Shown: positions 18,399 to 29,900 of the stretch, piece by piece | Position numbering within the stretch: position 1 is the first letter of the stretch | How the letters are laid out: every line of letters starts with the position of its first letter | Origin: Candidatus Sungiibacteriota bacterium | GTDB taxonomy: Bacteria; Patescibacteriota; Minisyncoccia; Sungbacterales; SURF-37 | Assembly (NCBI GenBank): GCA_016186145.1 | Contig: JACPMF010000010.1 | Span: 8,053 to 72,052, forward strand | Direction of reading: 5' to 3' | Length of the DNA stretch: 64,000 nucleotides | Notes under the pieces: model-generated | The model's database searches: none | Told to the model about the DNA's origin: nothing | Seen by the model: the letters and a program-made list of their open reading frames with translations, nothing else | Program-made: the position numbers and the translations under genes

Positions 18399-20212
18399 TT
18401 ACTCAATAACCCCCCTTACCCTCCTCACCCCTGCGCTTGAGGCCTCTTCTTTTATTATCCTGAACTTGCCTATTTCTCCGGTGTGGCTGACATGCGGACC
18501 GCCGCAAAGCTCCTTTGAAAACACCTCGCTCTCGTCTCCTATCGTATAAACCCTAACTTTCGCCGGATACTTGCCTTTCTTGAAAAAAAGCGCTCCGGAA
18601 TTTTTTGCTTCATCAACATCCTTCTCAACGATTTTTACCGGAAAATCTCGGGAGATCGCGTAATTAACAAGCTCTTCTATTTTTTTATCTCTTCGGACGT
18701 TACCTTTCTTGGAAAGACAAAATCGAAACGAGTCCGCTCAACGGTTATATCCGACCCGGCCTGCTCAACACCCTCGCCAAGAACCCTGTGAAGGGCGGCA
18801 TTCAAAAGATGCGTTGCGGTATGTAAACGAGTTACAATTTTGAGTTCGCGTTCATCAGCGGCTTTTAGTTCTCCGGTATCAAGCAGCAACCCATGCCCGC
18901 CGAACTTCTTCTCTTGCCCGGCCCGAGAAATTTCCTGGTGCTTTTTAAATTCAATATCAAAATTTTCCCGCGTGAGGCCGCGCGCCCTCTTTCCACCCAA
19001 CTCTTTAATTATCTCATAAGGCAACCCGTATGATTCATAAAGCTTAAAAGCCAACACCGCATCAATTTCTTCATCCTTGCGGGAATTAAGCTCTTTAACT
19101 CCAAAATTAAGCGTCTTTCCGAATTTTTGCTTTTCTTTAATAAACTCCTCTCTAATCGCATCGTTTTCCCGCATAAGTTCGGGATAAAATTCTCCGTATT
19201 CATGAACGTAATCATGAATAATTGCGTCAAATACATGCGGGGGAATATTATACATATTTTCGTAGACCAGGGCTCTCCGCATTAACCTTCGCAAAATATA
19301 TCCGCGTTCCTTGTTTGCAGGACGCACACCGTCGGTTATCAAAAAAATCGAGGCGCGGAGATGATCGGCAATAATTCTTTTATGGCGAATATCAATCTCT
19401 GCCGGCAGTAATTCCAAAAACGGCGCAAATAAATCGGTTTCAAAAATATTTTTCTTCCCCTGTGCAACCATTACAAGACGCTCAAACCCGCGGCCATTAT
19501 CAATTGCCTTTTGCAGAAGCGGCTCGTACGTGTCGTCCTGTGTTTTGTTGTATTGAACAAACACATCATTGCCTATTTCAACAAATCGCCCGCAATCGCA
19601 GTTTGGATGACATTCGGGGCCGAATTTAAAATCATGCGGAATTCCAAAATCGTAGAACATTTCGGCGTCCGGTCCGGCGGGTCCAGGCCCCCCTTCCCAC
19701 CAATTTTTTTCCCTGCCGTATAAAAAAATACGCTCGCCGACTTTTGCGTCAATACCGGCTTTTCCAAATTGTTCTTGCCATAATGCAACCGCTTCGTCAT
19801 CACGCGGGATTTCATTATCCCCACTAAACGCCGTCACAAAAATTTTTTCCGGATCAATATTCATCCCCTCCGAAGAGGTAAGAAATTCAAAGCTCAAAGG
19901 GATAGCGCGCTCTTTAAAATAATCTCCGAAAGAAAAATTTCCTACCATCTCAAAAAACGTAAGATGCGAAAGATCTCCGACTTCGTCAATATCAGTAGTA
20001 CGAAAACTTTTTTGAATGGAAAATACATTCCGCGAACCAAACGCATTCATTGGATCAGCCTGTCCAGTCAAATACGGCTTAAACTGCTGCATACCGGCTG
20101 TTGTCAAAAGAACCGACGGATCATCGGGTATTAACGAAGAAGACGGCACAACCTTGTGTCCGCGTTGCTGAAAAAACAATAAAAATTTTTGACGTAACTC
20201 TTGATGAGTCAT
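18399..20212 (-). CDS. alaS: Alanine--tRNA ligase, short form; frameshifted at A7 run ~18680-18686
   Basis: TTAGMQQFK, HLTFFEMVGNFSFGDYFK, HTATH; ELCGGPHV and SAGVRR continue in another frame to stop 18399. Confidence 0.93.
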
Positions 20213-20235
20213 GTGTAACGCCCCTCTCCACCGGA

Positions 20236-20311
20236 GGCGGATCCCCGCCTGCTCGCCTCGCTGAAGCTCCGGCGAAGCGGGCCGGCCGGCACGGCGCCTT
20301 GGGCGGAAAAA
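20236..20311. repeat. 76-bp composite hairpin repeat, identical to 1169-1244
   Basis: Base-by-base identity. Confidence 0.92.
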
Positions 20312-20345
20312 AATTTCAGGAACTTTACACGAAGTTCTTTCGCCG

Positions 20346-21662
20346 TCATACGGTAGAAGCTGGCGAACGCACCGGAAGAGTAACAACCACCGTCGTTCCC
20401 CTGCCCGCGGCGGACTCCAACTTAATCGTCCCGCCTTCCTCTTCTATAATCCTTTTTGCATAATAAAGCCCAAGACCGCTGCCATCGGGCGACATTTTTA
20501 CCGCTTCGGGGGCGCGAAAGAATTTAGTAAAGGCGCGAACGATATGTTCTTCAGACATGCCGATCCCTTGATCGAAAACGCTGATACGAACGTGAGTGCT
20601 AGAAACCGTGCTTGAAATAATAACTGTTGCTTGCGGCTTTTCCGAGTAACGGATTGCGTTGTCGGCGATATTTAAAAGCGCTTGTTTAAGCGACGACCGA
20701 ACGGCATAAATTTCCGCATCTTCAGAAATTTTCGTCTCTACCGCCACTCCTTTTTGTATAGCAATAAGGCTCAAATCATCGACAATCTCGGCGATAAGCG
20801 GCTTCAACGAGAATGTTTCCGGCTTTAAAAACGTTGCCCGCTCTTCAATCCTTGCGATATCCAACAATCCTGATACGATTTTTATCATCCGATTAATATT
20901 TTCAGCCGCAAGAGCAACGATCTTCTGCTGCGAGGAAGTAAGATTTACCGCCGTTTCGCGCAAATCGGCAAGCGCCCACTTGATGCCGGAAAGAGGAGTT
21001 CGCATCTGATGCGAAGCAATGCTTATAAATTCCGTTTTAAGGCGATCGAGCTCCTGGACACGAAGGAGTTCTGTCTGCAATTTTAGGGCTTCCCGCTGTA
21101 CCGTCAGCGCCTCTTCGGCAAGAATACGGGATTCAATCGTTAAAATAATCAGGATAATAAGCTCTATAAGAGTAAAAGATAGGGTCTCCAAAAAGGAATA
21201 GCTTACCGCCGGTAAAAAGCTGTAAAAATTATAGACAACAATGGTGAGGGAGGTCGCAAAAATTGTTATTATGATATCCCGCCAGTTGTATGAAAGCGCG
21301 TTTATGATGCCGAAAAGCAGCATGTAAAAAAATAAAATATGGAATCCGACAAAACCATTAATCTGCCACATTAAGAAAGCTATTAATAAATAAAAAACGG
21401 CATCCGCAATTAAATAGCCGAAACGCGGGATATATTTTGCCGGAATAATATAATAATAGAAGAACCCGAATGTAAAAAGAATACCGACTGCTTCAAAAAA
21501 TAAATAATAGTTGCTGATAAATCTGCGGAAACCAACCGCTATCAGCGGGATTACGACAAAAAAGGATATAGCAAGCAAAAGCCGCGCTATCAGATGAGAG
21601 CGCGCATGTATCTCACCGCCGGTAACAATAACTCCCGAAGATTTAGGATCAGCCACAAGCAA
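20346..21662 (-). CDS. Membrane sensor histidine kinase
   Basis: About 6 TM; ASHQMRTPL H-box, NIADNAIRY, DQGIG, GSGLGL. Confidence 0.95.
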   Translation of the reverse strand: MLVADPKSSGVIVTGGEIHARSHLIARLLLAISFFVVIPLIAVGFRRFISNYYLFFEAVGILFTFGFFYYYIIPAKYIPRFGYLIADAVFYLLIAFLMWQINGFVGFHILFFYMLLFGIINALSYNWRDIIITIFATSLTIVVYNFYSFLPAVSYSFLETLSFTLIELIILIILTIESRILAEEALTVQREALKLQTELLRVQELDRLKTEFISIASHQMRTPLSGIKWALADLRETAVNLTSSQQKIVALAAENINRMIKIVSGLLDIARIEERATFLKPETFSLKPLIAEIVDDLSLIAIQKGVAVETKISEDAEIYAVRSSLKQALLNIADNAIRYSEKPQATVIISSTVSSTHVRISVFDQGIGMSEEHIVRAFTKFFRAPEAVKMSPDGSGLGLYYAKRIIEEEGGTIKLESAAGRGTTVVVTLPVRSPASTV

Positions 21663-21676
21663 TATTTTATCACATC

Positions 21677-22889
21677 CTACCCGCGAATAACACCGCCGCC
21701 GAGCACCTCCCTGCCCCGAGTTTTATCGAAGGGGCCTTTTTTATAGAACACAACCGATTGACCCGGGGTAACGGCACGCTGCGCTTCGCTAAAAGCGACG
21801 CGGACACTCCTAGACCGGACGCCGACAATCGCAGAAACCGTTGATGGCCGCAGAATTTTCTTCCGCGTTTATCCGCGTACCTTCTGCGTAGTTCTGCGCT
21901 TCAATCCAACAGGATTGAAGAGGTTGACGATACCGAATACGCGCTTGGCAATAGAGAGGAAAATCAGGTTCCTGGCCGGAAACCCAATTTAACTCTCCGG
22001 CAATGAGTGAATCCCGCCTTAACTGCGGATCGGATTCGTCTTCCGCAACCACGAGCGTGTTCGCCGCAAAATCTTTCTCGGCGACAAAATAGGGAGTACC
22101 GCCCCCAATCGCAATACCCCTTCGCTGGCCAATGGTAAAAAACTCAAGGCCATGATGCTCCCCGACCCTTTTTCCCGAAGTCGTCACGACAGCACCCGGC
22201 CGTGCGGGGATGTAATTTTCCAAAAATTCTTTCAAATCAATTTTTCCAATGAAACAAAGTCCTTGAGAATCTTTCTTCTCGGCATTTGGCAAGCCATAAT
22301 TCTTCGCCATCTCACGTACCTCTGTTTTCACATAATCACCTATAGGAAAAATGCAGTGGCGCAATTGGTCTTGGGTTAAAGTCCAAAGAAAATACGACTG
22401 ATCCTTATTCAGATCAGCCGCAGTCATCAACGAATTACGAATTCTTTTCGAATTTACGAACCCGTTTATTCGTATATTCGCACCCGATTCGCTATTCGTT
22501 GATTGTTTACGAACATAATGTCCCGTCGCCACAAAATCCGCCCCCCGCTCCAATGCTTTCTTCAAAAAAACCCCGAATTTAATTTCACGGTTGCACATTA
22601 CATCTGGATTGGGGGTACGGCCCGATGCATATTCATGGACCATATAATCGACAACCGCTTGCTTGTATTCTTTTGTAAAATCCCATGTCTCAAACGGAAT
22701 GCCGAGGTGCGCTGCGGCCTTCATCGCGTCATAACGATCTTCCTTTGTGGTGCATGGAATGGAGGGATCAGACCACATCTTAATGTGTACGCCGATAACA
22801 TCAAAACCGCGCTCCTTTAAAAGTGCGGCTGCGACCGAGGAGTCGACTCCGCCTGACATGCCAACGAAGATTTTTTTTCTCTGGGACAT
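21677..22889 (-). CDS. mnmA: tRNA 2-thiouridylase MnmA; three repeat insertions and a frameshift near 21820-21900
   Basis: GMSGGVDSS, TPNPDVMCN, ATGHY, KDQSYFL, DSQGLCF; QRAVTPGQSVVFY..LGGGVI continues in the +1 frame. Confidence 0.93.
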
Positions 22890-22901
22890 ACTACCCTGCC
22901 A

Positions 22902-24164
22902 CTACGCAACGGGGGGATACCCCATTTCTTGCAGTAGTTTTTCAAAACGCCGATCGGCATCGGCCGAGGAAATAAACGCGGCGGAATCGGCCAAATCGCC
23001 GAATTGCTGGCGGATATAGTCCGCCCGCCTCGTCGCGTCAACAATGTTTGGATCAAAGTTTCTATAGTACTCATTTAATTCTTGACGTAATCCCTCCGGA
23101 TCGCGGCTTTCATTAATAATATATAGATTTTGGAGAAGACTCTCGAACCTTATTTTCTGGCCAAGAAGGAATCCCACTTGAGACGAAATCCAATTCATAG
23201 CCGATCGTGCGATTGCAGCCTTTCGTTCCGAAGAAAGCGTCTGCCGTCCCCCGGCTATCTCTCCGATTGTCGCCGCTGGCAATTGACGCCGCCACTCTGG
23301 AGGTATTTTTTCAATATCTTTTTCAGCTATCGCGCTGATAACGGAATTAACTTCGCGATACTCTTCGTTGCCACGCGAACGAAAACGCGCGGCATCACAC
23401 CTGCCGCCATACAAAAGATCTCCGAAAGCGACTGCAACCGCCGCAAAGCGGCTTTCTGGCTTTAAAAGCGGCTGATCAAAAAGAAAAAGAGACGGTTTTT
23501 CCTCTCTGCCTTTTCCAAGATAATCCGTAAGTTCAATAACTTCACCGGTTTCGGGATCGCGTACGGTCCGATATTGTTCAGAAACCGCAAAGGGTTGGAC
23601 ATCGGGATATGTTACGCCGATAGCCGTACGGATTTCTTCCATAGCCGCTGGCGTGTAAACTTCTCCGGCCGGATCATGCCGCAAAATAATCTCTTGTACT
23701 CGAAGCCAGCTTAACTCTTCATTCCCTTTTTTGACGCCATCGCGCTCGGCTACTTCGGGCCGGGACCGGACACCCGGAGGCATGAATTCGCCAAAACCAC
23801 GATGACGCAAACGCTGCCCGAAGTTAAGGGCACCGGGGTCGGTCTCAATGGAATAGTTGATAACAAGATCATGACCCTTGGCCGCCGCTTCCGTAGCAAG
23901 CCTCTCTTCCTGGTTTACAACACCGCAATAGCGCTCGATAATATCAAGAATCTCATTCGCGCCAACAAAAACATTACGAGGATGCGCCTCATTATGAAAC
24001 GGTTCTCCTTCGTGAAGCCGCCGCATCTCTTCATCTATTTCAGATGTTACCGCCATCCGGATTGCTTCAAGCCGCTCGGGGTTTTGTCGGATTCCGTCTT
24101 TTTTTTCAAACCCAACCCTTTCTGCCTCCAAACTTTTATTTTTGGATGATGCCTCAAATGTCAT
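22902..24164 (-). CDS. Hypothetical protein, HD-domain-like
   Basis: FHNEAH...GHDL...NEE...GDL spacing. Confidence 0.7.
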   Translation of the reverse strand: MTFEASSKNKSLEAERVGFEKKDGIRQNPERLEAIRMAVTSEIDEEMRRLHEGEPFHNEAHPRNVFVGANEILDIIERYCGVVNQEERLATEAAAKGHDLVINYSIETDPGALNFGQRLRHRGFGEFMPPGVRSRPEVAERDGVKKGNEELSWLRVQEIILRHDPAGEVYTPAAMEEIRTAIGVTYPDVQPFAVSEQYRTVRDPETGEVIELTDYLGKGREEKPSLFLFDQPLLKPESRFAAVAVAFGDLLYGGRCDAARFRSRGNEEYREVNSVISAIAEKDIEKIPPEWRRQLPAATIGEIAGGRQTLSSERKAAIARSAMNWISSQVGFLLGQKIRFESLLQNLYIINESRDPEGLRQELNEYYRNFDPNIVDATRRADYIRQQFGDLADSAAFISSADADRRFEKLLQEMGYPPVA

Positions 24165-24258
24165 AGTGAACCTCTTTTTAAGGAATCGAATCCGGAACCG
24201 TTGGCCTACGCAAGTGGATCATCATTATCAGCCAGCCCCGTACTAAATTTGGGTTTAT

Positions 24259-24330
24259 TGGGTGGCATAGGAATCGAACCTATGACCTCTGTCTTATCAG
24301 GACAGCGTTCTGCCACTGAACTAGCCACCC
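24259..24330 (-). tRNA. tRNA-Ile (GAT), CCA not encoded
   Basis: GGGTGGCTAGTTCAGTGGCAGAACG-CTGTC-CTGATAA-GACAG-AGGTC-ATAGGTTCGATTCCTAT-GCCACCCA. Confidence 0.96.
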
Positions 24331-24386
24331 ATATTTTCACAGCGGTCGAGAAAGACACTAATTGCCATCATGAGATTTTTTCTTCA

Positions 24387-24518
24387 CTAAGAGTGATATT
24401 CCCGCAACCAGTAACTAAGAGTACTCTTTGGTACTCCCAGCCTTTTGCGAATTTCGCCGTAACTCATTTCTTCCTCGATTCGTAGACTGACCGCTTGCTC
24501 ACGTAATTCGGATTTCAT
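24387..24518 (-). pseudogene. Truncated helix-turn-helix protein remnant
   Basis: MKSELREQAVSLRIEEEMSYGEIRKRLGVPKSTLSYWLRE then stop; not in the ORF track. Confidence 0.65.
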
Positions 24519-24590
24519 AAGGTATAATGTAACAAAAAAACGCAGTTTTTGCAAACTGCGTTATCCCGCTTCCACAGAGTTTTCGTATCT

Positions 24591-25241
24591 CTACAACCTT
24601 ACGTCGAGTTCAGCCAATTTGGCAAGCGTAGCGTTAACGAAGCCGGGGTTATGATGAATCGCATGCCAGCCGCACGCAAGGGCACCATCAACATTTTCGG
24701 CAAGGTCATCCACAAAAACAAACTCTTCCGGCAAAAAGGGCTGACGGCCTCGATATTCAGAATTTGCGAGTTCAAGCGCCCGCTGCCAAATGAGCGGATC
24801 GGGTTTTGCAACCCGCTCCCGATACGAATAGACACGAGGCCGGAAAATCATGACCGATCCGCAGTTAAGTTCTCTCTCAATATATCCTGCTTGCATTTCG
24901 TTTGTGTTTGAAATGACCCCCTGCGGATAGCCGTTTCGGCAAAGACCCATAACAATCTTCCATGCCAGGCGATTTGGCTGCAAAATCCGATGCCATAACG
25001 CTATAAATTGCCCGCGATTCTCAAACCCGAAAAGCGTTTCCATCTCGCGCATAAATTCTTCCGTAGAACTTAATCCGGCATCATACCGCCTAACTACGCC
25101 GCTTGCATGAATTTTTGCGTATACTTCATACGGTTTCAATCGCGGTTCCGACAGCGCTGCGAGATCCTCGACGAATATATCGGTGAGATGATCAAAAAGC
25201 ACTCGGCCATAGTCCCACCAGATCATCCGAATGTTTGGCAT
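24591..25241 (-). CDS. HAD-superfamily hydrolase (YihX-like)
   Basis: WDYGRVL, ISNTN, KPDPLIW, FVDDLAENV. Confidence 0.88.
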   Translation of the reverse strand: MPNIRMIWWDYGRVLFDHLTDIFVEDLAALSEPRLKPYEVYAKIHASGVVRRYDAGLSSTEEFMREMETLFGFENRGQFIALWHRILQPNRLAWKIVMGLCRNGYPQGVISNTNEMQAGYIERELNCGSVMIFRPRVYSYRERVAKPDPLIWQRALELANSEYRGRQPFLPEEFVFVDDLAENVDGALACGWHAIHHNPGFVNATLAKLAELDVRL

Positions 25242-25271
25242 CTGCTATCTCCCTGATTTTTAAAAGAGCCG

Positions 25272-26135
25272 TTACTTTTTTGTACTCCGCCTATCGTACA
25301 TCAGTAACGAGGCGCCTACAACGCCAGCTCGTTCACCGAATTTTGAACGTATAATCTTGGGAAAAGACGGCCCGGGCAAAATGCTCATACGCCTCATGGC
25401 GGATAACACTTTTCTATTGAATTGCGAATCCCAAAGCGACAAAAAACCGCCGCCGATCACAATGTATTCCGGCGCCAAAGCATAAGTGATGTTGACGAAT
25501 CCCAATGCAATAGTTTTCGCAAATTCATTAACATCTTTCGGGGTCTTTTTGCTTCTTAAAAACCTTTTTGTGCTCACCCGCTCCCATTCGCTATATTCTT
25601 GAATTTTTCCGCCCGAGGCGGATCCGCTTTTGGCGGAGGATTTTGAATTTTGGATTTTTATAATGGTGTGTCCAAACTCCCCTGCCCAACCAAGCCCGCC
25701 TTTATAAATTTTGCCGTCAGCTATAATTGCTCCGCCGATCCCCGTTCCTAAAGCTACGAAAACAAAATTTTTTGATTTTCTGCCGGCACCGTATTTTAAT
25801 TCCGCCATGGCAGCCGCCTTCGCGTCATTCTCCATAAAAACCCGCACACGATACTGCTTGGCGATAGCCCGAGAAAGCTCGAGCGGATTAAGCCCCCGAA
25901 TATTCGGACAAAAAGACGGCCTCCCAGCTGCCGTAAAAATACACGGCACCCCAATGCCGATACTAGAAATGCGCGCGTTGCCGCACACGGAATCCAGCGC
26001 GCGCAAAACGGTTTGTTTGATTGCGTGACCGCCCCGCGCTTTAAATTCTGTTTTTCGAAAACGAAGGATTCGTCCGTTCCTTACCAGAGCGGCGGCAATT
26101 TTTGAGGCGCCGATGTCAATGCCGATAGTGTACAT
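25272..26135 (-). CDS. ROK family sugar kinase
   Basis: IGIDIGASK, ENDAKAAA, LGTGIGG, GEFGH; repeat insertion KIQNSKSSAKSGSASGGKIQ. Confidence 0.92.
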   Translation of the reverse strand: MYTIGIDIGASKIAAALVRNGRILRFRKTEFKARGGHAIKQTVLRALDSVCGNARISSIGIGVPCIFTAAGRPSFCPNIRGLNPLELSRAIAKQYRVRVFMENDAKAAAMAELKYGAGRKSKNFVFVALGTGIGGAIIADGKIYKGGLGWAGEFGHTIIKIQNSKSSAKSGSASGGKIQEYSEWERVSTKRFLRSKKTPKDVNEFAKTIALGFVNITYALAPEYIVIGGGFLSLWDSQFNRKVLSAMRRMSILPGPSFPKIIRSKFGERAGVVGASLLMYDRRSTKK

Positions 26136-26136
26136 A

Positions 26137-26245
26137 AATTAAAAAGTAAAAAATCAAAATTCAAAATAACAAGTCAAAATCCAAAATTTATAAACTTTTA
26201 ACTTACAGTTTTGACTTTTGCATTTTGAGTTTTGAGTTTTGAATT
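26137..26245. repeat. Heptamer (TCAAAAT/TTTTGAG) inverted repeat array
   Basis: tcaaaattcaaaat..tcaaaatccaaaat / ttttgacttttgcattttgagttttgagttttgaatt. Confidence 0.8.
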
Positions 26246-26835
26246 CAAGATCTTAAGATAAACGATTTCCTATGATGATCCGAATACCCGAACCGTCTGA
26301 TGCGCCCTCTGTGCAGCTCTGTCCCGTACCCTTTGTGCAGATCGAATCGATACCGCGGATCTTTTTTATGAAGCCGCGCCATATAGCGATCGCGGACCAC
26401 TTTGGCAATGATTGACGCTGCTGCAATTATTTTCATCTTTTCGTCGCCTTTTATTATGGCCAGATGCGGAATGGATTCGGGGAGTTTTAACCCCCCATCA
26501 AGATACGCAAAAAAAACCTTTCCCGACGGAACCAGTCTCCTTACCACCCGGGCGGAAGCCCTATTTGCCGCTTCAGATATATTTATCCTGTCGATAACGC
26601 GCGGGGTAACTCGAGCTACAGCACAACTCACCCCCGGATGAGCCGTCAAGTAGTTATACCACTCTGCACGCTTTTTTGGAGTCAGTTTTTTAGAATCGCA
26701 GAGAGGGCCTAAACGGCTGTTTTTGATATTCAGAGGTGACCGGCATGTAAGGCCTGCCACAACTACCGGCCCAGCAAAAGCGCCTCTCCCTACTTCGTCC
26801 ACTCCAATCATAACCCTCTTTCCCTTCGTTTCCAT
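26245..26835 (-). CDS. rnhB: Ribonuclease HII
   Basis: GVDEVGRGAFAGPV, DSKKL, LDG, KGD, AASIIAKVVRD, HKGYGT. Confidence 0.97.
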   Translation of the reverse strand: METKGKRVMIGVDEVGRGAFAGPVVVAGLTCRSPLNIKNSRLGPLCDSKKLTPKKRAEWYNYLTAHPGVSCAVARVTPRVIDRINISEAANRASARVVRRLVPSGKVFFAYLDGGLKLPESIPHLAIIKGDEKMKIIAAASIIAKVVRDRYMARLHKKDPRYRFDLHKGYGTELHRGRIRRFGYSDHHRKSFILRS

Positions 26836-26972
26836 GAGTCCATACTACAACCAAAAGCAGACAGCTAAAAGCGCTAAGGTCGAAATTGTTTTCCGGAGAT
26901 AAATCACGACATGACAATCCGTATTAAATAATTCTTGCGGACGAAATTAAAAATTTGTTATTATGACAGCGT

Positions 26973-29900
26973 ATGGCAAATAAATTTACCCATTTGCATG
27001 TCCACTCTCACTATTCGCTCCTGGATGGCCTCGCAAAGATAGACCAGCTCGTGCATGAAGCCGCCCGCCTCGACATGGATTCGCTAGCACTCACCGACCA
27101 TGGCGCTCTCTATGGAGCCCTTGAATTTTACAAAAAAGCCAAGGCAGCGGGCATTAAACCCATTATCGGAGCTGAATTGTACGTTGCGTATGAGCGCATG
27201 CAAGATAAGCGCCCGGGGATTGACGATAAGCGTTATCATCTTACGGTGCTTGCGGCAAACCAAGAGGGATATTACAACCTCATGAAGCTGGTGACAAAAG
27301 CGAATTTGGAGGGATTCTATTACAAACCGCGCATTGATAAAGAACTCCTCCGGAAACACTCTCAAGGGCTTATTGCTCTTTCCGGCTGCTTTGCCGGTGA
27401 AATTTCCCGCGCCGTCCAAAACAAGAAAATCGATGCCGCAGAAACGCTTATCCGCGGCTACCAGGAGATATTCGGAAAAGAAAACTTTTATTTGGAAGTC
27501 ATGCCTCACTTTAACTTTCCGGACCAACGCCGCACCAATGAAGCGCTCTTTGTGCTCTCAGAAAAAACCGGCGCGAAACTGGTAGCAACCAATGACATCC
27601 ATTATGTAAAGCCGGATGATGCCGAAGCGCAGGACATTTTGGTATCCGTCCAGACCGGCGCAACATTCAGCGAAGAAAACCGTCTTACCATGCGCGGCGC
27701 CAATTTATCAATGCGCTCGGCAGAAGAAATGGCCGCACTCTTTCCGGAGCGGCCGGAAGCTATCGCGAACACTCAAGAAATCGCCTCGCGGGTGAATATC
27801 GAAATCCCCATAGGCAGTTGGATATTCCCAAGCCTAAAACTGGGAAAAGGATCGCCCGACGATGAATTGCGGGAAACAGCATATGCGGGAATCCAAAAAC
27901 GGGGTATTACCTTAACACCGGAAGTTGAAGCAAGAATCGAATACGAACTGAAAATCATCCGGGACAAAGGATTCGCTCCTTATTTTCTGACCGTTTCCGA
28001 TCTCATCGGCTATGCGCATAAAAAAGGCATCCTTACGAATGTCCGCGGATCGGTCGCCGGTTCGCTCATAACCTATTTGACTTCGATAACCAGTATTAAT
28101 CCGCTTGAATACCGGCTTCCTTTTGAACGGTTTCTGAATCCGGAACGCCCTTCTCCGCCCGATATCGACATGGACTTCGCCGATAACCGCCGGGACGAGG
28201 TCATTCAGTACGCCAAAGACACATACGGTGAAGACAAAGTAGCCCAAATCGGAACCTTTGGAACCATGATGGCTCGAGCAGTGGTGCGGGACGTAGCACG
28301 GGCTCTTGAATACCCGTACGCGGTTGGCGATAAAATCGCTAAGTTCATTCCGGAGGGATCGCAAGGATTCCCCATGACCATCGACCACGCAATGGAAATA
28401 TCGCCGGACCTCAAGACGCTGTATGAAAATGACGCGGAAGCAAAAAAAATTATCGATCAAGCAAAAAAAATGGAAGGATGCGTCCGCCATATTTCGGTGC
28501 ATGCCGCGGGCGTCGTCATTGCCCCGCGGCCCCTTGAAGAATACGTTCCGCTGCAGCTTGACCCCAAAGGCGGAAAGATTATCACCCAGTACGACATGCA
28601 CTCAATAGAAGACGCGGGTCTTCTTAAATTCGACTTTCTCGGAATCCGCAACCTTGCAATCCTTGGAGACGCCGTCAAACTTACCAAGAAACACCGCAAT
28701 ATCGAAATTGATATCGAGCAAATCCCCCTTGATGACAAAAAAACCTTCACACTCCTCTCTCGAGGGGAAACTACCGGACTTTTCCAACTCAACGGCGCCG
28801 GCATGACCAAATACTTGAAAGACCTGAAGCCGTCATCCATACACGATATAAACGCAATGGTAGCGCTCTACCGGCCGGGGCCGATTGAATCAATCCCGAA
28901 TTACATTGAGCGAAAACACAACCCGCGTCTTGTCCGATATCTGGATTCGCGGCTGGAAGAAATTCTAAACCAATCGTACGGGGTTATTACGTACCAAGAC
29001 GACGTGCTTTTGATTGCAATCAAACTTGCCGGATACTCGTGGCTCGAAGCGGACAAGCTTCGCAAGGCGATGGGTAAAAAAATCCCCTCGGAAATGAAAG
29101 CGCAACGGGAAAAACTGATTAGCGGCTTCACGGCAAACGGCATGTCGCACCAAAAAGCCGAAGAATTTTGGCGGCTCATCGAGCCATTCGCCGCCTACGG
29201 CTTCAACAAAGCGCACGCAGCAAGCTACGGCCGGGTCGCGTATCAAACCGCCTACATGAAAGCAAACTTCCCGGGAGAATACATGACTGCCGTACTTACT
29301 GCCGATTCCGGAGACACCGAAAAAATAGCCGAGATAGTAATGGAATGCGGCCGCATGCGCATTCCGGTATTGCCGCCGGACATCAATGAGAGTTTTGCCA
29401 AATTCACCCTTATCAAAGGGGAAACAGAAAAAGACGACAAAATAAGGTTCGGGCTCGAAACGGTAAAAAATGTAGGAGGCAATATTGTTGCCGCAATTAT
29501 CGAATCCCGAGAGCAAGGCGGAAAATTTTCTTCTATCACGAATTTTGTGGAGCGGGTACAGCACCGCGATTTAAACAAAAAATCGCTCGAGTCTCTTATC
29601 AAGTGCGGCGCTATGGATATGCTTGCCGAAAGAGCCCAGCTTTTGGAAAATCTCGATACGATTCTTTCTTACAACCACGAACAGCAACGCCAAAACGCAC
29701 GCGGCCAGAACAGCTTATTTGCCGGAACACCGCTCAATACTGCCGCAGCAATACGACTGAAGCCGGCGCTACCGGCAACGAAAAGCGAACGGCTCGCGTG
29801 GGAACGGGAACTCCTCGGCCTCTATATTTCCGGGCATCCCCTTGAAGAATATAAGGAGAAACTGCAGAATAAAGTTATCCCGCTGAAAGATCTCGCTTTG

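Noticed and set aside
20213-20386. N-terminal extension of AlaRS in the ORF track
   Set aside because: Read-through of the GC-rich repeat; homology starts at MTHQELR (20212).
24165-24245. Second tRNA or att-site duplication (ggattcgattcc T-arm-like)
   Set aside because: No complete cloverleaf, match too short, no integrase nearby.
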